Position numbers and translations under genes: made by a program. Positions 40,931-51,456 of a stretch of 64,000 nucleotides of DNA are shown piece after piece. This DNA is from an uncultured Nitrososphaerota archaeon (GTDB lineage Archaea; Thermoproteota; Nitrososphaeria; Nitrososphaerales; Nitrosopumilaceae), in assembly GCA_963701075.1 (NCBI GenBank), contig OY969559.1, forward strand, positions 640,001 through 704,000, in the 5' to 3' direction. The notes beneath the pieces were generated by a model. The model was given only the letters and a program-made list of their open reading frames with translations, was not told the origin of the DNA and searched no databases. The first letter of the stretch is position 1. Each line of letters begins with the position of its first letter.

Positions 40931-42168
40931 TTAAATCTCGACCATTCCACGTATTAAATCATACTCTGAGATACGCAGTAACTCATTTAGTTTAGTATTC
41001 TTTCTCCGCCCATAACACCCGCCTTTAACATCTTGGATTTCGTAGCAATTCCAATATGTGATATGTGTGAATCAGATGATTCTCCAGATCTATGAGATGT
41101 GATCAATTTTATATTATTTTTGGACGCTTCCTTTGCAAATTCAATAGCATCGTAAAGACTTCCTGCTTGGTTTACCTTTAAAATGGCCGCATTACATGCT
41201 TTTTTCTTTGCAGCATTCTTCAAAATTTCAGTATTAGTTACTAAAAGGTCATCTCCAGTTATCAAGACGTTCGGAAACTTTTTTGTTAAGATGGCCATAT
41301 CTTCAAAGGCCTCCTCATGAACTGCATCTTCAGCATACGCTAATTTGTATTTCTTTATTATTTCAGAAGCAAAATCAATTTGCTCTTCTGTCGTATTCTC
41401 AAAACCTGCCCTGTCATAGACATATTTCTTTTTATTCTCGTTCCATTGTGTAGTTGAGGCAAAATCCACTCCTAGCGAAACCTCTTTTCCTAATGTAAAT
41501 CCTAATTGTTCGCATGCTCTTGCAGATACTTCCAATGCTTCCTCATTGTTGAGTTTTGGGGCCCAACCACCCTCGTCCCCCCTCCCATTTGTGAATCCGG
41601 GGTCTTTTTTTGCTAGTATCTTCCCAAGTTCTTTGTGCACTGAAAAATTAACTTCGATGGAATCTCTTATGGTTTTTGAACCAGTAGCACAAACTAGTAT
41701 TTCTTGAATATCTGGAGTTCCATGACCAGCATGAGCCCCGCCGCCTAAAATATTTCCCAAGGGAAATGGAAATCTAAGATCAGAATCTTTGGTTAATAAT
41801 TTGAACATTGGAATTCCGTCTGATTTTGCTGCAGACTCTATTGCTGCTATAGTGAGAGAAAATGCAACCGAACCACCAATTTGCGAATAATTAGAAGTTG
41901 AATCTATTTCTCTTAGTGTTTCATGAATAGATTTTAAATCAGAAGGATCAAGTCCGATGAATTTTTTTTCGTTTGCTTTTAAGATCTCAAGACCTTTCTC
42001 AGGCGCATTGTCTGGAAAACCTATTGCCTCATATTTTCCTACACTTGCACCAGATGGTGCACAAACTCTTCCCATGTATCCATTGTTTGTGATTACATCA
42101 ACTTCGATTGTTTTACATCCTCTGCTGTTGTAGAGTAATCTCCCCTTTATTGACGCAACCCGTGCCAT
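40931..42168 (-). CDS. eno: Enolase; apparent 1-base deletion at 40994-40996 truncates the C-terminus
   Basis: NSRG, PSGASVG, GDEGG, GDDL, KVNQAG and SHRSGE; restored end GERIAKLNELLRISEYDLIRGMVEI*. Confidence 0.93.
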
Positions 42169-42169
42169 T

Positions 42170-42406
42170 CTACTCTAGCTCGGATTGAACTTCTTGCTCC
42201 CTTCTCCTTATTGCTTCATAAAATGGAATAACTTGGTGAATCGTTTCCACTGCTGTTAACATCATAGTTCTACAACAATATCGTTTTAATCCTAAGGAAT
42301 TTAGGACCTTTGCTGGATCCTCACCGCTTTTTACACGATTTTGGTACTCTTTGAATTTATCTGCAATTAAATTTCCACAAGTAAAACACCTGACAGGAAT
42401 TAGCAC
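42170..42406 (-). CDS. rpoN: DNA-directed RNA polymerase subunit N (Rpo10)
   Basis: IPVRCFTCG...RYCCR. Confidence 0.95.
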   Translation of the reverse strand: MLIPVRCFTCGNLIADKFKEYQNRVKSGEDPAKVLNSLGLKRYCCRTMMLTAVETIHQVIPFYEAIRRREQEVQSELE

Positions 42407-42458
42407 ATTTTAAAAAAGTAATCAAGGCTTATAAAAACCATACATGGGTATTGCATCT

Positions 42459-42543
42459 GCGGGAGTCGCCCAGCCTGGTCAAAGGCGCTAGCTTGAGGGG
42501 CTAGTATCTTAGGATTTCGAGGGTTCAAATCCCTTCTCCCGCA
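42459..42543 (+). tRNA. tRNA-Leu(GAG)
   Basis: GCGGGAG...CTAGC-TTGAGGG-GCTAG, long variable arm, GAGGGTTCAAATCCCTT-CTCCCGC-A. Confidence 0.93.
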
Positions 42544-42599
42544 CTTGACAATTGCGTTATGACAAAATCATCTTATTTGATAAAATTATTCAATTGTAC

Positions 42600-42642
42600 T
42601 GTGATTTGGTATCTATTGTGTGAAATAGATTGTGATTTGGTA
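42600..42642. repeat. 12-bp direct repeat TGTGATTTGGTA (x2) enclosing a 7-bp inverted repeat
   Basis: Copies at 42600-42611 and 42631-42642; ATCTATT/AATAGAT between them. Confidence 0.6.
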
Positions 42643-42675
42643 AAGCCCTTATTTGACATAAATTTTTGAAACTAC

Positions 42676-43326
42676 ATGGAAATCACAGTCAAACAAATGA
42701 TGCAAATTGAGGAAAATGGTCATCAGATGGGATTTCTTCGAAAACTGATGATGGAAAATGCTGGGGCATCAACAGCAAGATACCTACTTGAGAAATACAA
42801 GAACTTGCAGGAAAAGAAAATCATGGTATTTGCAGGATTAGGTAACAATGGGGGGGACTCGTTTGTGGTAGCAAGACATCTGGCAGGATTTGGATGCAAA
42901 CCCGATGTTGTTTTACTTGGAAACCCAGATAAAATAAAAACTGAGGAATCTATCTCAAATTGGAAAATTCTAGAAAAAATGAATTCAGTAAATCTTATGG
43001 TTACCTCTGATCCGACTTCAATTCTCCTTAATGCGGACATAATTGTTGATGGTATTTTTGGGACTGGAATTTCAGGTAAAATAAGAGAACCTCATGCTAC
43101 TGCAATAGATTTGATAAATAAATCTCAAGCCTTCAAGCTAGCGGTTGATGTGCCCTCTGGATTGGATCCTGATTCCGGTTCTGTGATAGATAAATGTGTA
43201 AAAGCAGATGTGACAATTACATACCATAAAATGAAGATTGGAATGCCAAAAAGATTGGACATGTGTGGAAAAATATTAGTTGAAAAAATAGGAATTCCGC
43301 CAGAGGCCGAAGTGGGAGTATTATGA
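42676..43326 (+). CDS. nnrE: NAD(P)H-hydrate epimerase (stand-alone YjeF N-terminal domain)
   Basis: LMMENAG, GLGNNGGD, VDGIFGTG and AVDVPSG. Confidence 0.92.
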   Translation: MEITVKQMMQIEENGHQMGFLRKLMMENAGASTARYLLEKYKNLQEKKIMVFAGLGNNGGDSFVVARHLAGFGCKPDVVLLGNPDKIKTEESISNWKILEKMNSVNLMVTSDPTSILLNADIIVDGIFGTGISGKIREPHATAIDLINKSQAFKLAVDVPSGLDPDSGSVIDKCVKADVTITYHKMKIGMPKRLDMCGKILVEKIGIPPEAEVGVL

Positions 43327-43936
43327 AAGTTTACCAGCTTGAAGTGGGAAGTATGCAAAATTTTACTTACATAGTTGAGGATGAACAAACAAGTGAAGCT
43401 GTAATTCTTGATCCTTCATGGGATCTTGATCTGATAGTGGAGATAATCGAGAAGAACAGTCTACAGGTAAAATATATCATAAACACTCATCATCATTTTG
43501 ACCATACTATAGGCAATGATGCCATGGTAAGAAAGACTGGAGTAAGATCTTACAGTATGCATCTTCAACCCTAAAAAACGATGTAACAGTATCTGAAGGT
43601 GACAAAATTATATTTGGAAATTCAGAACTTACTGTTATTCATACCCCGGGACATTCAAAAGACAGTATGTGTCTTGTTGGAGATGGCAAGATCTTCTCAG
43701 GTGACACATTATTTGTGGGAAACTGTGGCAGAATTGATCTTCCAGGAGGTAGTGCTAAAGAGCTTTATCACAGCTTATTTGATCTCATTTCAAAGATGGA
43801 TGAGAACCTGACTCTTTATCCTGGTCATAACTATGGTAATTCGCCAACGTCTACAATAGGAAGAGAAAAGAAAACCAATTTTGTACTTCAACCTAGAACA
43901 GAAAAAGAATTTTTAGAATTTATGAGTAGTGATTAA
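43323..43936 (+). CDS. MBL-fold metallo-hydrolase (glyoxalase II/ETHE1-like); apparent 1-base deletion at 43541-43543
   Basis: NTHHHFDH, restored KTGAKILQ, HTPGHS, SGDTLF..CGR.D and YPGHNY. Confidence 0.88.
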
Positions 43937-43939
43937 TTT

Positions 43940-44995
43940 TTGCAAGATATAGAGATACTAGGAAACAAGAAAGAAGGCTTGGATTTTATCGATAAGACAA
44001 AGCAAAAGAGATTTGCTTTTTCCCTAGTAATATCATATACTGCAACCTCAGAAATTCAAGGCATTACAATTGCTGGCGAACATCCTGACCTAATAAAATA
44101 TACTGGACCTGCAGATGCTGAGTTTATCCACTATGGATATTGTAAAAGCATATCTGTCATACCTATGACTCCTGACGGCAAACCCACGCCAGCTCTTCTG
44201 ACAAAAACAGCTTTAGAAGCAGCAAGCATACCAAGCATAGTGATTAATGCTGGAAGTAAAATTCCTCCAAAACTTCCATTTATAGATATGAATTTAGAAT
44301 ACGGAAAAAATATCTCAAGTGAAGCTGCATCAAGTCAAGAAGAGATAAGAAAAGCAGTAGAATATGGTAGAATAATTGGTAGATTTCTTGGTGCTTCAAC
44401 TGATTGTTTAGTAATTGGAGAAAGTATTCCGGGAGGAACCACAACAGCACTTGGAGTACTTGAAGGACTTGGTCTAAAGGCACTGGTAAGCAGCAGTATG
44501 CCTGATAATCCAACACGTCTCAAGAATGAAGTTGTAAAAAATGCACTAAAGAGAGTGCAATCAAATGATCCTTTTGACATTGTTGCAGAGATTGGTGATC
44601 CAATGATACCTACAGTTGCTGGAATACTTAGTACCTCGTCTGAAATCACAAAAGTATTACTAGCAGGTGGAACACAGATGGCAGCAGTCTTATGCTTTGC
44701 AAAAAGTATGGATTTCAACGGTAAAAACACTGCTATAGGCACTACCTCCTATGTTGCAGATGACAAGTCAGCAAATTTAGCTGAAACGGTTGGCCAAATA
44801 TTTGATATCCCGATACTAGTTGCCAAACTTAGACTTGGCCAATCCAGTATTCCTGGTCTTCGTTCCTATGCTGAAGGATTTGTCAAAGAAGGGGCAGGTG
44901 CAGGAGGAGCTTCTATAGCATGTATGTTAAAAACTGGAATGAACGCGGAAAAATTACTTGCCCTCACAGAAAAAGAATACCAAAAAATCACTTGA
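43940..44995 (+). CDS. cobT: Archaeal-type nicotinate mononucleotide-dependent phosphoribosyltransferase (cobamide lower ligand activation)
   Basis: GESIPGGTTTA, GDPM, LAGGTQM and GFVKEGAGAGG. Confidence 0.87.
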   Translation: MQDIEILGNKKEGLDFIDKTKQKRFAFSLVISYTATSEIQGITIAGEHPDLIKYTGPADAEFIHYGYCKSISVIPMTPDGKPTPALLTKTALEAASIPSIVINAGSKIPPKLPFIDMNLEYGKNISSEAASSQEEIRKAVEYGRIIGRFLGASTDCLVIGESIPGGTTTALGVLEGLGLKALVSSSMPDNPTRLKNEVVKNALKRVQSNDPFDIVAEIGDPMIPTVAGILSTSSEITKVLLAGGTQMAAVLCFAKSMDFNGKNTAIGTTSYVADDKSANLAETVGQIFDIPILVAKLRLGQSSIPGLRSYAEGFVKEGAGAGGASIACMLKTGMNAEKLLALTEKEYQKIT

Positions 44996-46748
44996 CTGTC
45001 ACAGATTTTGCCAAGTTTCTGGGATAGTCAGGATCCGTGTTCTTTTCAACAGCTGCATAATAAGCCAAAAGTTGGACAGGTACTATTTCCACTAACGGAT
45101 ACATGGATTCATCCATCTGTGGTATCTCTACCCAGTAATCATAAACATCGCTAGGCTTGTCTGAAATCCCGATGACCTTTGCACCCCTGGCCTTTATTTC
45201 ACGTGCACTAGTTAACGTATCAGAGTAGGTAGAATCACTTGGATTTATCATAATGACATATGTATTAGAATCCATTAATGCAAGCGGCCCATGTTTTAGC
45301 TCTCCTCCGGGAAGACCCTCTGCATGTATATACGTGAGTTCCTTTAGTTTTAGTGAAGCTTCTAACGCTATAGGGTAATGGATTCCCCTTCCAAGTATGT
45401 ATATGTCAGATACATCTTTGATCTTCTTTGCTATTTCCTTAATCTTAGAATCGTCAGAAAGAATCTTTTTGATTGCTTCTGATACTTTGGTAAAATCCAT
45501 GCCAGCACTACCATTGCATATCTTATCGGTCATTTTGTATAATATAGCAAGTTGCGCAGTGAAACTCTTTGTCGCAGCTACTCCTATTTCAGGACCGCAA
45601 CCTAGTCCTATGGATATAGATGATAAATGAACTAGAGATGATGTCATTATATTTACAATTGAAATAATTTTGGTACCTGCTTTTTTTGCAATATTTACAG
45701 CCTCCAATACATCTGCACTTTCACCACTTTGAGACAATGCTATCAAAATGGATTGTTGCTCAAAAATATCAGGGGAAAAATGTGCCTCGCTTGAGATTAT
45801 TGGCTCTATCTTGATCTTTGCATATTTTGAAAAAAGGAATTTGGCTACAAGCGCAGCATTATAGCTTGTTCCACTGCCAGTTATGTAAAGTGTTTTTGCA
45901 TGTCGGACAAAATCAGTTGCTAGATCAAGTTCAAGTTTTGTGTTATTTCCTGCATTTGATATCGTAGTAGGCTGCTCTGATATTTCCTTGAGAGTAAAAT
46001 GTGCATATTCTCCCTTGTATACATCGGCAAATTCTTTTGATACTTTGGTGATTTGATGTTGTACCGGATTTGTGTCAAAATCAAAAATCTGAATTCCAGA
46101 TGCGTTGATAATTACAAATTCTCTATTATCCAAATAAATAACTTCGTCTGTGTGTTCCACAAATCCTAAAACATCACTAGAGATGAAGTATCCTTCTTTT
46201 CCAATTCCTATTATAAGAGGTTCATGAAATCTTGCTGCAGACAATGTCCCGTCTTCAAAAACAGCTACAAAAGCATAACTTCCTTTAAGATCAGAAACAG
46301 TATGAGTCATTGACTGCTTTATGTCTCTAGTTTTATCGTAATGATATTGAAGAAGATTTGCAATTACTTCACTGTCTGTCTGACTTTTGAATGCATAACC
46401 TTTCTGTTGAAGTTCTCTCTTTAATTCCTCGTGATTTTCTATTATTCCATTGTGAACAATAGCTATCTCTCCAGTGCTAGATGGATGAGGATGAGCATTT
46501 GTATCAGTAACCATGCCATGTGTGGCCCATCTTGTATGTCCTATTCCGACAGTTCCTGAAAGTTCGTCAAGTCTTACTGCCTTATTTACTTCCATTACTT
46601 TTCCTACTCCTTTTCTTACTAGAATGTGATTATTAGAAAATGTAGCAACCCCGACGCTGTCATAACCGCGATATTCCATTCTCTTTAGGCCCTTAACTAT
46701 TATCGGTGCAGCTTGGTTGATGCCTAGATATCCTATGATTGAACACAT
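44988..46748 (-). CDS. glmS: Glutamine--fructose-6-phosphate transaminase
   Basis: N-terminal MCSI, EYRGYDS, GHTRWATHG, SQSGE and PRNLAKSVTV. Confidence 0.96.
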   Translation of the reverse strand: MCSIIGYLGINQAAPIIVKGLKRMEYRGYDSVGVATFSNNHILVRKGVGKVMEVNKAVRLDELSGTVGIGHTRWATHGMVTDTNAHPHPSSTGEIAIVHNGIIENHEELKRELQQKGYAFKSQTDSEVIANLLQYHYDKTRDIKQSMTHTVSDLKGSYAFVAVFEDGTLSAARFHEPLIIGIGKEGYFISSDVLGFVEHTDEVIYLDNREFVIINASGIQIFDFDTNPVQHQITKVSKEFADVYKGEYAHFTLKEISEQPTTISNAGNNTKLELDLATDFVRHAKTLYITGSGTSYNAALVAKFLFSKYAKIKIEPIISSEAHFSPDIFEQQSILIALSQSGESADVLEAVNIAKKAGTKIISIVNIMTSSLVHLSSISIGLGCGPEIGVAATKSFTAQLAILYKMTDKICNGSAGMDFTKVSEAIKKILSDDSKIKEIAKKIKDVSDIYILGRGIHYPIALEASLKLKELTYIHAEGLPGGELKHGPLALMDSNTYVIMINPSDSTYSDTLTSAREIKARGAKVIGISDKPSDVYDYWVEIPQMDESMYPLVEIVPVQLLAYYAAVEKNTDPDYPRNLAKSVTVK

Positions 46749-46794
46749 ATCGCTATTTTATGTCATTTCTGTATAAATAATAATTGTGTATGTT

Positions 46795-47334
46795 TTACTC
46801 GGTTGGCTGTTCAGTTTTTACTTCTTCAGCGGGTTTTTGCTTGGCTTTACCCAAGTCTACCTCAGGTGACAAACCCACTTGGTTTTCTTCTTCTACAGTT
46901 ACAGTATAAGATGGAATGTTTATTGTCCTCTCTCCTATCATGACATGTCCATGTACAACGGCTTGTCTTGCAAGGTAAGGACTTTTGATATTGGCTTTTT
47001 TCTGAATCACTGTTTGTAATCTGCGCGATAGTAAATCAGTTACTTTCAGATTTAAAACATCATCTAAGGTGGAATCTTCTTTTACTAATCCTATTCGCGT
47101 CAACGATCTCATGAGAATTGGCTCTTTATTGCTTCTTACCTCTTGCGTTAAAGCCAAAAGAGATCTTGCTTGATTTCTTATTCTGGAAAGTTCTGTATGT
47201 GCTTTCCAGAGTTCTCTCTTGTTCTTAAGTCCATAAGTGCCAAGAACATATAGTTCTTCACTCAATAGATCATAATTTAGAGGACGCTTTGGCTTTCTCC
47301 ACATTTTGCGAGAATTCTTTGGATGATCTCCCAT
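46795..47334 (-). CDS. rps4: 30S ribosomal protein S4
   Basis: YGLKNKRELWK, RRLQT and ARQAVVHGH. Confidence 0.95.
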   Translation of the reverse strand: MGDHPKNSRKMWRKPKRPLNYDLLSEELYVLGTYGLKNKRELWKAHTELSRIRNQARSLLALTQEVRSNKEPILMRSLTRIGLVKEDSTLDDVLNLKVTDLLSRRLQTVIQKKANIKSPYLARQAVVHGHVMIGERTINIPSYTVTVEEENQVGLSPEVDLGKAKQKPAEEVKTEQPTE

Positions 47335-47343
47335 CTATCTCAC

Positions 47344-47979
47344 CTATTTGGCCTTCTTTTCCGCGGCTGGCTTTGCAGTAGACTTCGTATCCTTTGCAGG
47401 AGCTGCCGCTCCTTTTGTAGCAGCTGCAGGAGCTGCCGCACCTTTCTCAGTTGAAGTAGCTGCAGGAGCTGCTGCGGCACCTGCTGCAGGAGCTGCCGCG
47501 CCTTCGACTGGTGCACCAGCTGGTAACACCTTTCCGCCCTTACGAACTCCTACTGCACCACCTTTTCTGCCAGTTGTGCGAGTTCTTTGTCCTCTTACCT
47601 TTAATCCATAAGTATGACGAAATCCTCTCCAACTATTCATTCCCTTTTCTCTTTCAACATCATTTCTCACATTGAAATCTATGTCAGAAGTAATCAAATG
47701 TAGATTGTTACCTGAATCCATGTCTTTTCTTCTGTTAAGGAACCATGGAGGAATATTGACTGATGATGGATTTCTCATTGCTTTTTCTATCTCTTCAACT
47801 TGAGACTCGGTGAGAAAACCTACGTTACTATTAGGATTTATTTTTAATATATCTAAGATAGATTTTGCAAAACTGTAACCCATTCCTTTTACTTGACTTA
47901 TGCCTATTATGGTCTTTTTAGCACCAGGTATATCTTTACCCGCAATCCTAACAATGTGTCTAAATTCTTGTGAAGACAA
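47344..47979 (-). CDS. rps13: 30S ribosomal protein S13 with an Ala/Pro/Lys-rich C-terminal extension
   Basis: [17 protein letters not shown] and [14 protein letters not shown]. Confidence 0.95.
   Translation of the reverse strand: MSSQEFRHIVRIAGKDIPGAKKTIIGISQVKGMGYSFAKSILDILKINPNSNVGFLTESQVEEIEKAMRNPSSVNIPPWFLNRRKDMDSGNNLHLITSDIDFNVRNDVEREKGMNSWRGFRHTYGLKVRGQRTRTTGRKGGAVGVRKGGKVLPAGAPVEGAAAPAAGAAAAPAATSTEKGAAAPAAATKGAAAPAKDTKSTAKPAAEKKAK
47395..47496. repeat. Four copies of TGCAGGAGCTGC encoding AAPA units in the S13 tail
   Basis: Copies start at 47395, 47425, 47461 and 47485. Confidence 0.75.
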
Positions 47980-48063
47980 GTATTGAAAAATCCCCTCTAT
48001 CCCCGATAAAAACCATGCTAAAATAATAATACTTTAAATCAGAATTCTGCTGTACTTAGCATA

Positions 48064-49698
48064 TTGACACAGGATCTTGAAAATCTTATTAATCGAAGCT
48101 ACAATTCGGAGCCAAAATATACTGAAGTAATGGCAGGCGTTCCCGAGGATTACAAACAAGTCAAGACATTAGGAGATCTCTTGCAAATTAATTACAAGAT
48201 AGTAGGTGCTAAAGAACAACTACGAAGGAACTTGATTTCGAAGATCAAGACAAATAGTATCAAATATCCTGGCATAATAGGATTTGATAGTGACGTCATT
48301 CCATCTCTTGATCGTGCCATATTGTCATGTCATGATATAATACTAGTCGGTCAAATTGGTCAGGCCAAAACAAGGATTGCTCAAACAATTGCGGAAAACT
48401 TGCTTTCACCAATGCCGGTGATAAGAGGAAGCATCACAAATGATTGTCCGATGGATCTGCCATCTCATGAATTACTCCGCTTACTACAAGATGGGGAAAA
48501 TTCTATGTCAAGTCCTAGATTTTACGTGGATTCTAGCAGCATGGAAAAGATTCGTAATAATAAACTTGAAACGCCAATAGAATGGTTATGGGGAAAAGAC
48601 AGATTCAAATATGTTCTCGCAACACCTGACATTTCTGTAAAAGATCTAGTGGGACAGATTGATGCAATAAAAATAACAAAAAAAGGAACAGAAATGTATG
48701 AAATCGAATCTTATTCTCCTGGCCAACTAATGCAGGCAAAACACGGTTTATTCTGCATTGATGAACTTCCAGTACTTGATACACGCAAACAAGTTTCTCT
48801 TCTTTCAGTATTGCAAGAAGGAAGATTTACTACCGGAGCTTATCCAGTAATTTTTGAACCAAAAACTGCATTTTTTGCCACTGCAAATCCGATAGATTAT
48901 ACGCACGCCGGTAAAATAATCGAACCTCTCTACGACAGATTAAAAAGTCATATACGCACACATTATCCCAAAACATTGAATCATGAAATGCTCATTATTG
49001 CTCAAGAATCTAAAGTGCCAAAATCATTCATTCCTATTTTTATGCTCAAAGTGTTGGCAAGAATAACACAAAATGCACGTTCAAGTCATGAAATTAATCA
49101 GGATAAAGGCGTCAGTGTGAGAATGAGTATTCACAGTCTTGAGCTATTGGTTGGTGAAGCAGAAAGAACAAGATCCTTATCTCATAATATATTGCCAGTA
49201 CCTAGGCCAAGTGATATATTTTGTATAGAACAATGTGCTAAATTCGAACTTGCTGAATTGGATGATACTGCAGAAAATCGACAAAAAACATTGAAGCATC
49301 TGATCGATACTGCCATGAAGGATACTTCACTTGAATATCTCAATGATGTTGAACAGAGTATATTTGATATGATTAAAATGGAATTTACAGGCAAAACCTT
49401 TGTAGTTTCCCAATCAATTTTAGGCTCTAATAGTCTAGAAACTTCCTATGAAAATCAACTCCAGAATTTTAAATCTCTATCAGTCTTGGTGGATAAAATT
49501 TATCAAAAGACATTATCTGAACAAAGTGAATTTGTGAATCAAGCCAAAAAACATAACGTGTGCCAAGATCCTCTAATGTTTTCTGAAGTGATACGTCATG
49601 AGCTTAGGTCTGCAATATTAGAATTAACTCTAGATGGGCTTTGCTATGTGGAACCTAAGATTTTGGACAGGAAAGAAGGCACATACATTGCAGCATAA
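48064..49698 (+). CDS. AAA+ ATPase, Mg-chelatase ChlI/MoxR-like
   Basis: Walker A variant GQIGQAKT, Walker B CIDELP, ATANP, LYDRL and VSVR. Confidence 0.82.
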   Translation: MTQDLENLINRSYNSEPKYTEVMAGVPEDYKQVKTLGDLLQINYKIVGAKEQLRRNLISKIKTNSIKYPGIIGFDSDVIPSLDRAILSCHDIILVGQIGQAKTRIAQTIAENLLSPMPVIRGSITNDCPMDLPSHELLRLLQDGENSMSSPRFYVDSSSMEKIRNNKLETPIEWLWGKDRFKYVLATPDISVKDLVGQIDAIKITKKGTEMYEIESYSPGQLMQAKHGLFCIDELPVLDTRKQVSLLSVLQEGRFTTGAYPVIFEPKTAFFATANPIDYTHAGKIIEPLYDRLKSHIRTHYPKTLNHEMLIIAQESKVPKSFIPIFMLKVLARITQNARSSHEINQDKGVSVRMSIHSLELLVGEAERTRSLSHNILPVPRPSDIFCIEQCAKFELAELDDTAENRQKTLKHLIDTAMKDTSLEYLNDVEQSIFDMIKMEFTGKTFVVSQSILGSNSLETSYENQLQNFKSLSVLVDKIYQKTLSEQSEFVNQAKKHNVCQDPLMFSEVIRHELRSAILELTLDGLCYVEPKILDRKEGTYIAA

Positions 49699-49699
49699 C

Positions 49700-51028
49700 A
49701 TGGTAAACTTTCTCTATTTTCTAAATGAAAAGAAAAACTCGAAAGGTTCTGATTTAGATGTATCAAATGAACAACTCAGCAAAATTCTAAAAATGATGGC
49801 AAAACAGGTGATAAAAGAGAAGCCCCCTTCTGTACAGGATTTGGAGAGAATACTTCAGGGAATGACACAGGAACAGTCATCACAATCTGAAATGGATGAA
49901 GAACCTAAAAATGAACTGGATATTCATGGTAATAATGAGCCAATAACAAAATACCTACAGAAAAAAGGTTACCTAAAAGATGACAAAAGATGGCTTACTA
50001 ACAAAGGATTTTTTGAAATTGGTCAGAGGATGCTTGAGGATATAATAAAAGCAATAAACGAGGGAGGATTTGGACTTCATGAAACAAAAAACATGGGATC
50101 TGGTAGTACTATACTGGATACTACAAAAAAACTTGAGATAGGCGATGATATAAAAAATCTAGACATACCAAAGACAATACTGAATTCTGTACAAAGATCT
50201 AGGCGTAAGCAATTAACAATCGAACTACCGATTCAGTTGGAGTTAGAGGACTTTGAAAAATTTGAAACACTAGAAGAAGTAAAGGTTGCAGTTGTTTACT
50301 GCATTGATTTAAGCTCCACAATGAAATATTCTCTTGGTTCTGGTGAAGGAAGTAGGATAGAAGCTGCAAAGAAAGCTCTGTGGGCATTATATGTTTTAAA
50401 TAAGAAATTCTTTCCAAATGACTCTATCTACGTTGTAGGCTTTGGCTCTCTGGCGTCAGAAATTAAACAGCGTGACATACCATACCTTAAAACTTTTGAT
50501 GCAAATGATAATTTTTTACACTATACAAATTACCAAGCAGCATTTCGACTTGCTCTGAAGATTCTAAAAAAAGATGGTTCACACAATAAACGTATAGTTA
50601 TGATTACAGATGGTCAACCCTCTGCATGTTTTGTAGATGACGAATCTCAAAAAAATGCAATCTTGTCAGATAAACCATATTCGCATTTCTACAAACCTGA
50701 CAATGAAACTCTCGCCAAAATGAAAAATGAGAGGGAAGTAAAACTGGACATTGGGAATGAAATGGTATATCTTTGTTATAGGTACAAGCAAGTCGACTCT
50801 GCTATTGATACCAAAACATTACAGGAGGCAAAAAAATGCAAACGTGAGGGAATTGAGATTGATACAATCATGGTAAGCGAAGAGGAAGAGCTTCTAAGCT
50901 ATGTTGAAAATCTAGAAAAGCACCTAAAAGGAAGAGCTTATTACATTAATCCTGAAAAAATTGATAAAATTCTAATAAGCGATTTCATTTCAAACAAGAA
51001 AAGAATACTTGGCTCAAAACATGGTTAG
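49700..51028 (+). CDS. von Willebrand factor A domain protein (partner of the AAA+ ATPase)
   Basis: MIDAS DLSSTM, TNYQAA and MITDGQPS; starts 1 bp after the ATPase stop. Confidence 0.85.
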   Translation: MVNFLYFLNEKKNSKGSDLDVSNEQLSKILKMMAKQVIKEKPPSVQDLERILQGMTQEQSSQSEMDEEPKNELDIHGNNEPITKYLQKKGYLKDDKRWLTNKGFFEIGQRMLEDIIKAINEGGFGLHETKNMGSGSTILDTTKKLEIGDDIKNLDIPKTILNSVQRSRRKQLTIELPIQLELEDFEKFETLEEVKVAVVYCIDLSSTMKYSLGSGEGSRIEAAKKALWALYVLNKKFFPNDSIYVVGFGSLASEIKQRDIPYLKTFDANDNFLHYTNYQAAFRLALKILKKDGSHNKRIVMITDGQPSACFVDDESQKNAILSDKPYSHFYKPDNETLAKMKNEREVKLDIGNEMVYLCYRYKQVDSAIDTKTLQEAKKCKREGIEIDTIMVSEEEELLSYVENLEKHLKGRAYYINPEKIDKILISDFISNKKRILGSKHG

Positions 51029-51032
51029 TAAT

Positions 51033-51344
51033 ATGAACGAAGATTTTGATAAACGACAAATGATGGATATACTTGTAGATCCTAATGTTTCAGTAATTTT
51101 ATCTGAACTAGAGTATGGTGAAAAGGATTCTATCTATCTCACTGAGAAATTACAAATATCAGAAAATGAGATAAAATCACGACTATCATACGTTACTGAA
51201 CATGGATTTGTTATCATGCGACAAGATGGAAAAAACACAAGTTTTAGCGTAGATACGGGTAAACTCAATAAAATTATGGAAGCAGACGAAAACTTTGCTA
51301 GTGTGGTTGATGGATTGACCGAGCTAGACCAATTCCTCAATTAG
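51033..51344 (+). CDS. Winged-helix (ArsR-like) domain protein
   Basis: ILSEL..GEK...LTEKLQISENEIKSRLSYV..HGFV...FSV pattern. Confidence 0.65.
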   Translation: MNEDFDKRQMMDILVDPNVSVILSELEYGEKDSIYLTEKLQISENEIKSRLSYVTEHGFVIMRQDGKNTSFSVDTGKLNKIMEADENFASVVDGLTELDQFLN

Positions 51345-51456
51345 CATCATAGTTGGTTATTTCGCCTTGTATGGTAATCTATTAACAGCTAAAATCTCAT
51401 AATATCAGATGTTCTAGTATCATTCTTCATTGGTTCGTATTTCTCTTTTGTTCTTT

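Noticed and set aside
8060-42543. tRNA-anchored integrated element or provirus
   Set aside because: I saw no integrase, no duplicated tRNA 3' ends and no viral genes; the flanks are housekeeping genes.
47395-47496. Short repeats as a CRISPR array or mobile repeat
   Set aside because: They are 12-bp in-frame coding repeats with irregular short spacing inside rps13; no cas genes or CRISPR-like array were seen in the window.
48064-49698. Magnesium chelatase implying chlorophyll synthesis
   Set aside because: No chlH or pigment genes are present; the family label reflects the AAA+ fold only.
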